From: Octopus vulgaris
Taxonomy: Eukaryota
NCBI GenBank assembly: GCA_951406725.2
Contig: CATOCA020000001.1
Location: 10,354,001 to 10,418,000, forward strand
Direction: 5' to 3'
DNA: 64,000 nt
Below, piece after piece: positions 55,500-64,000 of this stretch. How positions within the stretch are numbered: position 1 is the stretch's first letter; each line of letters begins with the position of its first letter. Made by a program: the position numbers and the translations under genes. The notes under the pieces are model-generated. The model ran no database searches, was not told where the DNA came from, and saw only the letters and a list, made by a program, of their open reading frames with translations.

Positions 55500-56489
55500 C
55501 CCCGGCTATTACATTCTCAACATTCTGCTAGACAGAAGACAGAATTCTGAGGGGTTGTCACTGTCTGCTCCTGACTACACAGGCATCTGAAACAATTAGC
55601 AAAAGTATGCTACATACTACCAGGTCCTCTTTGTTTCTCAGTCACAGCTATGCTCCCTGCTGTTAATAAACTCCTTCTTCTTACTTATCACTGATGTGGT
55701 CCAATGAAACCCCTTGTTACTCCTTTTCTCCGAATCAAGCATGGAATTTCTTTGTCAGACACAACTAAGGTAACTAGACAATCCCCATATAGGAAATTCC
55801 AGTTAAGTTTTTAAATCCTTCTCTTGTGGCTTAGAGACGTGTAGTGAACAGGAGAGGGATGTGAATTGATCCCTGGACTGCACAGATGGTTCCTACTATC
55901 AACTCAGTGACACACCAATCCTTTGCTTTTTACATCTACTTTAAATTTAGATGAAAATCTAAGAATCCACCCCTAAAAGGATGCTTGGGGATGCGGTGTG
56001 GAAAGACTTTGAATATCGAGAAGATGACATTTTTTCTAAAAATGTTATGTTCCCAGTTTAGTAGAAAAATTGGTATCTTGGTATTTCTGGTGTGTGTATA
56101 ATCGCCAGAAGTTACCGTATTTGGTGGTTCTCAGCAGAACCTAATCGCCAGTGCATTCCTCCTTTCTATGAATATGGATTATTTAACAGGTCTTAAAATA
56201 TAAGTCCTGCCGTCGATTTGTTTTCACTAATATATTTCAAGGCGGTGCCCCAGCATGGACACACAAATGCTTGAAACAAGTAAAAGATCAAAGCTACAGA
56301 GAAAATAACAGCAAAGTTTCAAAAGAGGAAAAAACTTTGAACTTGGCCAAACGTTTGGCAAATACGACATGGTCATTTAGAAACATCTAGAAGCTGTAGA
56401 TGTACCTCACCTCAAAACTAACAACAGGGGACAATGGTCTGAGAACGTTTGGAATGATTTAAGTGTTTCACTATTTTGATTAGAAAATA

Positions 56490-57020
56490 TCGGTTTCTAA
56501 TTCTGTCACAAGGCCGGCAATATCGAGGAGGTGGTAAATCGATTACATCAATCACAGGGCTCTAATCGTGCTTATTATCTTGACCCCGAATCGATGTAAA
56601 GCAAAGTGGAACCCATTTGAAACCCGAACGTAAAGACGGACGAAATGCCGCAGGGCATTGTGTCCCTCAGACCAATGCTTCTACCAGTTCACCTCCTTAA
56701 GATGCGAAAATCTTAAATGAAGGGAGGAACGATTAATCATGTTTTAGGGATGAAACTAAACAGGTTTCTATGTACATACGATTTATTTTTTTCTGATAAT
56801 GAAATCAGGGAGTCTGTTACAGTGAAAGGTTGCAGTCAGTGAAGAGACACCCGGCACCGCTTGACAACCATTATTGGCATGTTTAGGTCCCAGTAACTTA
56901 GCGGTTCGGCAAAAGAAACACAGCATAATTACCAGGCTTTTAAAAAATATACAAGTACTGGGATCGATACATACAACTAAAAATTCTTCAAGGTGGTGCA
57001 CCAGCATGGCCGCAGTCTAA
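56490..57020. mobile_element. Old SINE B (minus, 56490-56698) and SINE A 3' half (plus, 56855-57020)
   Basis: Degenerate matches to both families. Confidence 0.7.
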
Positions 57021-57400
57021 CTTTCCCATCTCCGTTACAGGAAGTAATGTTTCGACCTGTAGAGTCGTTCCCAGTCACTAATCTGCTGCACTGAGGCAAC
57101 CTTCATTGTGAAGCTTCGTTTAATCGCCTCGAGTTTAGCTCTTAATTTTACACGATGTGGTGGTCATCGATGGAAGCAGTAATCACACTGGCCAAGAACA
57201 AATATCCTCCAGAGGACCATTATAGTTTCCTGCTTCTTTGAACTGAAACTTCTAAGAATTCATCCACCCAACCACCTGAATTTTATTGCCAGCTTCGTAA
57301 TATGCACATGGAAGTGTGCAACATTAGACATGTCAATGCCTAAGTCACGCCCTGATTATGAATCTGGGACCGAAATCCCTCCAGGTCCACCATATGTTGT
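57021..57400 (-). pseudogene. Decayed CR1/L2-like LINE fragment related to 27560-28101
   Basis: Minus strand reads RDLGIDMS...*ILRSF...MVLWRIFVLGQCDYC...LEAIKRSFT...DWERL, with in-frame stops. Confidence 0.85.
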
Positions 57401-57852
57401 CCGTTGATAGTATGGGGTTTGGAAATGTCCAACACTATCCTGCATGGGTTCTGTATATTTCATGTCAACTGGGACCTCATATTTCTGGTTCGATTTCTCT
57501 TGATGAATAATATTCAAACCTAGGTCAACGCAAATTTTATTAGGAATTTTTCTACATTCTTAGTATTGAGTTCCTCTTTCAGTTACATTTCATTGTGTCT
57601 CAAACTTGCGTTCAAACAACAATACTTTTAAGTACACACACGTAAGTGCATTATGTGTGTGTGTATGTATGTATGTATGTATGTATGTACGTAAGTGTGT
57701 GTGTATGTATGTGTGTGTATGTATGTATGTATGTGTGTGTATGTATGTATGTGTGTGTATGTATGTATGTATGTATGTATGTATGCATGCATGTATGTAT
57801 GTATGCGTGTATGTATGTATGCATGTATGTATGTACGTATGTATGTATGCGT

Positions 57853-57883
<31 letters not shown>

Positions 57884-58626
57884 GCATATATATATGCATA
57901 CATATACATACATACATACATACGTACACACATACATACATATATATATATACATACATACACACACACATACATACATATATATATATATATATGTATA
58001 AGGATATGTATATGTATGGTATACATGAAATATATGAAATTAAGATGTGTGTGTGTGTGTGTGTATATACACATATGCAAGTAGTTTCTCCTTTTTACCT
58101 GCAGTGAGAACCTGCTACGCCTACAAACACACACACATACATAAATATATACGGGCACACATATAGATGTAACATACACACATACACAACTGCTATAACT
58201 AATGTCAAGATTTATCATTTGTCCTCGTGATTAAATGCGCAACGCCCTGTGTGTAAAGTTCACACCTTATCTCAATATACAACGTGGACAAGTCTGGTAA
58301 TCTCATTATAAATAAGAGTAAACTGAACGGGGTTTCTGTATATTTCATCGCACTTCTCGAAGCACGCTGAGCATCCAATATATTCTTGCGAGACAATCTC
58401 TTCAGATTCCAACAGAAAACCGAATTATTTATACAGGTACTTATTATTCTTCTATTTGTTTCAATTAACAAATTATTTTCTGTTTTTGTTTTAAATATCG
58501 TTTAACCTTTAGTTAAAACCCTGACAACACAAACCACAATTTTTATATATTTTAAACAAATATAATTGGCACATTTCAAATATATTTTCTTCTTATAAAA
58601 ACAATTTTAATGTTTTCATCTTTATT

Positions 58627-59125
58627 AGGAGGCAAACTGGCAGAAACATTATCCTATCGGGGTCGATTAAATAAGTACCAGTTACACATTGGGGTCGATA
58701 TAATCAACTTAATCCGTATGTCTGTCCTTGTTTGTCCCCTCAGTGTTTAGCCCCTTGTGGGTAGTAAAGAAATAGGTATTTCGTTTGCCGTTAGGTTCTG
58801 AGTTCAAATTCCGCCGAGGTCGACTTTGCCTTTCATCCTTTCGCGGTCGATACATTAAGTACCAGTTATGCACTGAGGTCGATATAATCGACTTAATCCG
58901 TATGTTTGCCCTTGTTTGTCCTCTCTGTGTTTAGCCCTTTGTGGGTAGTAAAGAAATAGGTTTTTCCTCTGTTTTTACATTCTGAGTTCAAATTCTGCCG
59001 ATGTCGATTTTGCCTTTCCTTCTTTCGGGATCGATAAATTAAGTTCCAGTTGCTTACTGGGGTCGATACAAATAACTACCCACTCTCCCAAAATTTCTGG
59101 CCCTGTGCCTAGAGTAGAAAAGAAT
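58627..59125 (+). mobile_element. SINE family B, trimeric form (first unit partly deleted)
   Basis: Head GGCAAACTGGCAGAAAC, two internal-type tails and the terminal tail GTGCCTAGAGTAGAAAAGAAT. Confidence 0.85.
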
Positions 59126-59126
59126 A

Positions 59127-59525
59127 GTGGATGTGTGGTAAGTAGCTTGTTTACCAACCGCATGGTTCCGGGTTCAGTCCCACTGCGTGGCACCTTGGAT
59201 AAGTGTCTTCTACTATAGCCTCGGGCCCGACCAAAGCCTTGTGAGTGGATTTGGTAGACGGAAACTGAAAGAAGCCCGTCGTATATATGTATATATATGT
59301 GTGTGTGTGTGTGTTTGTGTCTGTGTTTGTCCCCTTAGCATTGCTTGACAACCGATGCTGGTGTGTTTATGTCCCCGTTACTTAGCGTTTTAGCAAAAGA
59401 GACCGATAGAATAAGTACTGGGCTTGCAAAAGAATAAGTCCCGGGGTCGAGTTGCTCGATTAAAGGCGGTGCTCCAGTATGGCTGCAGTCAAATGACTGA
59501 AACAAGTAAGAGAGAGAGAGTAGAG
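59127..59525 (+). mobile_element. SINE family A
   Basis: Matches 22215-22625. Confidence 0.92.
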
Positions 59526-59945
59526 TATATTTAAATACTGTTTTTGAAAGAACAATCTAGTTTAGAATTGATCAGATTTAGAAAAATTATTGGTGAGTTC
59601 TGTGGAATTGTCCGCTGGATTCAGAAAGCCAAAGTGATGGTTATTTAAAAGTTTACATTTGTAGATGAGTGAAGTTACGTGGCTTAGTGGTTAATGTATT
59701 CGGCTAACGATCGCAATGGAGACAAAGAGAGAGAGAGAGAGGGGGAGGAGAAGATTGGAAATGGCAAAGTATGGAGTTATCCTGTATGTGACATGTAACC
59801 CAGAGTAAGTCTTGTTGCTCGGTTTTAAATTCCATTTCACTGTGAGCACTTTTGAATCCATGATTCTTCTTTATTTCCCTAATGTTAACAAGTGTCGATT
59901 AATAATCCTGAAAGCAGTAAATAGGTTTCCAGGCATTAGCTAAGG

Positions 59946-60546
59946 TCAGTGGTTCAAGCTTGGCATTTTTCTTCTAATGAAGTGCGCCTCTGTTATTCGG
60001 AGGTTGACGGCATCCACGACTCTTTCTAGTATCCTGGTGGAACATTCACTTTGGCGATGTTGACCGTTCGGGAATAAAACACTGTGTTGTTTGGACTGAA
60101 AGGAATGCTCTTTCACTCTGCGGTGAATCTGTCTCCTCGTTGATCCGACGTATATGGCTTCACAGTGAGGGCGCGTGGCTTAGTGGTTAGGGCATTCGGC
60201 TCATGATCGTAAGTTTGTGAGTTCGATTCCCGGCGACGCGTTGTGTCCTTGAGCAAGACACTTTATTTCACGTTGCTCCAGTCCACTCAGCTGGCAAAAA
60301 TGAGTTGTACTTGTATTTCAAAGGGTCAGCCTTGTCACTCTCTGTGTCACGCTGATTATCCCCGAGAACTACGTTAAGGGTACACGTGTCTGTGGAATGC
60401 TCAGCCATTTGCACGTTAATTTCACGAGCAAGCTGTTCCGTTGATCGTATCAGCTGGGACCCTCGTCGTCGTAACCGGCGGAGTCTTTTTATGGCTTCAC
60501 AACAACATGTCATCTAGTTGACCACTTTCGATTTTACACACAGAAG
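59946..60546 (-). pseudogene. Penelope-like element GIY-YIG endonuclease remnant, split by a SINE insertion
   Basis: Removing the SINE gives LCVKSKVVN*MTCCCEAIYVGSTRRQIHRRVKEH...RILE...LRITEAHFIRRKMPSLNH*. Confidence 0.85.
60165..60489 (+). mobile_element. SINE with head C and tail X, full length, 12-bp TSD
   Basis: A box TGGCTTAGTGG and B box GTTCGATTCC. TATGGCTTCACA is duplicated at 60153-60164 and 60490-60501. Confidence 0.93.
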
Positions 60547-61214
60547 TGAGATCTTCTGATGATGTTTTTCAACTTATTTTCCCTCAATGTGGACCCAGTG
60601 TTTATTTCAATGCCTTCGCTTCTTCCATTTCCTCCCTCTCTTCTTCTTCCCTTTCTCTATAGTCTGCTACAACTGCTGTAGTTTCCCCAGCCACTTGAAG
60701 GTTCCGGTCCCATTGACCCCTGTCTGCTCACTGCCGTTCCTGCCGTTGTGCTTCTGTTGTCTTTGTTGTTGCTGTTATTATGAACACCAGATCATTGGCC
60801 ATTCTTAGCATCGGTCCTCATTCTATAGGTCCGTATGTTTACATACATAAATAATAATCATCATCGTTTAACGTCTGTTTTCCAACTGGCATGCGTTGGG
60901 CGCTTTGATGGGAACTGGTAAGCCAGAGAGCTGCACCAGGTTCCCATTATCTCTCTTAGCATGGTTTCTGTGACTGGATGCCGATCTTTATGCCAACCAC
61001 TTTTAGGAAAGTACAAGTTGGGTCACCAAGTAATTTCCAAAACAAATATTACAGGACTGACCCCTCACAAACAGTTGTCGGATTATAATACTATACGTTC
61101 TCCCTTTCATTTTCTGTGTCTCTGTATTCTATGTTATATATGTATATTTAGATACATACATACACACACACACACACGCACACACACATACACACATATA
61201 TATATATATGTATA

Positions 61215-61594
61215 GAAGCACTCCGTCGGTTACGACGATGAGGGTTCCGGTTGATCCGAATCAACGGAACAGCCTGCTCGTGAAATTAACGTGTAAGTGG
61301 CTGAGCACTCCACAGACACGTGTACCCTTAACGTAGTTCTCGGTGATATTCAGCGTGACACAGGGAGTGACAAGGCCGGCCCTTTAAAATACGGGTACAA
61401 CAGAAACAGGAAGTAAGAGTGAGAGAAAGTTGTGGTGAAAGAGTACAGCAGGGATCACCACCATCCCCTGCCGGATTCTCGTGGAGCTTTTATGTGTTTT
61501 CGCTCGATAAACACTCACAACGCCCGGTCCGGGAATCGAAACAGCGATCCTATGACCGCGAGTCCGCTGCCCTAACCACTGGGCCATTGCGCCT

Positions 61595-61596
<2 letters not shown>
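61215..61596 (-). mobile_element. SINE with head D and tail X, full length
   Basis: Minus strand reads GGAGGCGCAATGGCCCAGTGG...TTTCGATTCCC. Tail matches 60304-60485. Confidence 0.9.
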
Positions 61597-61649
<53 letters not shown>

Positions 61650-61650
<1 letters not shown>

Positions 61651-61837
61651 TCTTTTACTCTTTTGATTGTTTCTGTCATTTGACTGTGGCCATGATGGAG
61701 CACCGCATTTAGTCGAGTAAATCGACCCCAGAACTTATTCTTTGTAAGCCTAGTACTTATTCCATCGGTTTCTTTTGCCGAACCGCTAAGCTACGGGGAC
61801 GTAAACACACCAGCATCTGTTGTCAAGCGATGCTGGG

Positions 61838-61911
<74 letters not shown>

Positions 61912-62072
61912 GACGGGCTTCTTTCAGTTTCCGTCTACCAAATCGACTCACAAGGCTTTGGTCGGCCCGTGGCTATAGTAGAAAACACTTGCCCAAGGTG
62001 CCTCGCAGTGGGACTGAACCCGGAACCATGTGGTTGGTAAGCAAGCTACTTAAGACACACCCACTCCTGCGC
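61650..62072 (-). mobile_element. SINE family A, full length
   Basis: Reverse-complement match to family A. Confidence 0.92.
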
Positions 62073-62111
62073 CTATATATATATATAAATATATATATAT
62101 ATAATAAATAT

Positions 62112-62160
<49 letters not shown>

Positions 62161-62314
62161 ATATATATTGGACCCCCTTCGGTCAGGAATGAGGGATTGC
62201 ATTTACAATGTTACCCTCCGAGGCACAAGTCTGGGCAAGGTTGTTTATGGAAGACCAGCAGTTGCCCATGCATACCAGCCTCTCCTCTCCACGCCACCGA
62301 TGTTATCCTCATTA

Positions 62315-62795
62315 CTCGAAGTCTGCCACAAGGATGTTGATTTTGGTAGTACTTGACATCGCTGAGTCACTACGGATTTACCAGTGGATTAGCTATAGAT
62401 TTATAATAATGTGAATGGAGTAAACAGGGATTAACTGTTCCGTTAATCATAGTATTTTCTATCCACAGCTGAGTATGTATTGCAGGTAATCTATTTCTGG
62501 AGTTTTTAGAGGGGTAGTCTACAGTAGCCTTTATACTGCTATGGATAGAGTCAGCCATGTGTTGTACAGTTGTCATCATCTATTCTTCATTTAGGAGAGT
62601 GTTCATATTTGTATTACTTTTCACGACAAAGTCAATGTCGTCAACGTTTCGAGAGTACATATTTAAGTGGATGTTACGGGTCACTAGGCACTGCTTAAAA
62701 TGCCTGTCCCATCATACTATGAAGAGGCTGGCAACATCACCGGTGATCCCTACACCAATAGCACTGCCTTTCATCTGTTTGTCGTCTTATTCTTT
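62315..62795 (-). pseudogene. Penelope-like element reverse transcriptase remnant
   Basis: RRQ../GSAIGVGITGDVASLFIV*WD...YSRNVDDI (YxDD site)...ADSIHSSIKATVDYPSK..RLP...LWI...LHSHYYK/SAMSSTTKINILV. Confidence 0.8.
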
Positions 62796-62804
62796 CTCGC
62801 GTAA

Positions 62805-64000
62805 ACAGTTCTTTTTTTTCAGTTGGTTTAAATGTGTTCCCACGTTTCACCTTTTACCATTTACGTTATTTTTCCAAAACGTTTACTTATTATAATTTCT
62901 TCCCAACTTTCCTCTCCATTTCTGTATATTTAAAAACAAAAACACCTTGTCACCGAATTTGAAGTATTTTATCTTATTTTCGGTGTTTCCTTCTATTTCC
63001 CCCACCTTTTCTTCCCGGTAGTAATTTGTCGAGCACTGACCTGACTTTCCTGGCGAACATTAGTTCAGCCGGCGACATACCTGAAGTGGTGTTGGGGTTA
63101 GGTGTTATTCGGTAGACACTTAAGAAATGCGTCAATGCAGTATGAACTAGTAGCTCATTCCTAGGTTTCTTTTTAGCGCCCTCTTAAACTTGTCTACAAA
63201 ACGTTCCGCTAGTCCATTCGATCTCGGATGGTATGGCCGAGTAGTAATATGCTCCATTGCATGCATTTTGTAAAAGCTTTTAAATTTCTTCGATGTCAAC
63301 TATGTTCCGCTTTCAGACACTATATTGTCTGGGGTGCCATATCGCGCAAAATGTTCGTCCAGAAATTGCATTGCCACTTTGGAGGATGGCTTCCTACATT
63401 TACATATTTCCGGCCATTTCGTGTAACTGTCCACAGCTAATAGATAATGCCTTCCATTTATCGGTCCTGTACTCTATGTCAGTCTTGGGCCAAGGCTGAA
63501 TTTTTATAGGTAGTGCTTTTTATTGCCAGGGCACAACCCCTGCAGGCCTTCACCAATTTCAATTTCCTGATCCATATTCAACCAGTAAACTTAGCTTCTC
63601 ATCAGTGCTTTCATTCTTGCGGTTCCTGGATGTCCCTTGTGGAATACTTTTAGCATACAATATTGCAAAGCTGCAACAAATGTGAATAAATATCTAAATG
63701 GATAGGCATACACATACATGTATGTGTATTTGTGTATACATATACATTTAAATATATGTATATAGATATGTATACATATGCAATGAGTGTATGTATACAT
63801 CTGACACTTTTCACAAAAGGAAAATAAAACTCCTTATCACATCCAAAAATAAGCGTTTTAAAAATTCAAAACCTGTCAAAACTAGGTTTTGGCTGAGAGA
63901 TAAAGGTTTCCTGAAATTATCTGCCCTTCACTTCCACCACAGCCTCAACACATCTTCAAAGCCTGGCATATGCGTTCCTCACTGTGTCCTTGAAAAGATT
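62805..64000 (-). pseudogene. Second copy of the Gypsy integrase remnant and transposase 3' end (paralogue of 48533-49720), running off the window end
   Basis: Near-identical to 48533-49720, including HKGHPGTARMKALMRS. Confidence 0.92.

Noticed and set aside
55111-55590. F/L/S-rich hydrophobic ORF
   Set aside because: Translation of (CTTT)n and (CT)n repeats plus a SINE fragment.
55691-55712. CTGATGTGGTCCAATGAAAC hammerhead-like motif
   Set aside because: No convincing stems I-III.
60168-60240. tRNA genes at SINE heads (also 18351, 19570 and 61525)
   Set aside because: A and B boxes are present, but there is no complete cloverleaf or acceptor stem and the sequence continues into SINE bodies.

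Overview
Repeat-saturated, AT-rich animal genomic DNA. It is most likely octopus or another coleoid cephalopod, inferred from the tRNA-derived SINE families and the very high (TA)n/(CA)n/(TACA)n density. I found no supportable intact host gene, and nearly all ORFs in the track are microsatellite translations. The window opens with 34-bp and 65-bp satellites and a 9-kb higher-order tandem array (5.5-14.5 kb). It also holds more than 30 copies or fragments of four tRNA-derived SINE families, non-autonomous Helitrons, several fold-back palindromes and local segmental duplications. Decayed coding fragments come from CR1/L2-type LINE RT, Penelope-like RT and GIY-YIG, Gypsy integrase, and mariner and Tc1/maT-like transposases. 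Five observations stand out: (1) a tRNA-headed element carrying a minimal hammerhead ribozyme fold, inside a cluster of Penelope-type hammerhead motifs; (2) SINEs showing all four combinations of two heads and two tails; (3) a satellite apparently derived from a SINE segment; (4) an A-B-A higher-order array with a recombinant solo unit; (5) a trimeric SINE mobilised as one unit. All alignments were made by eye, so boundaries are approximate.
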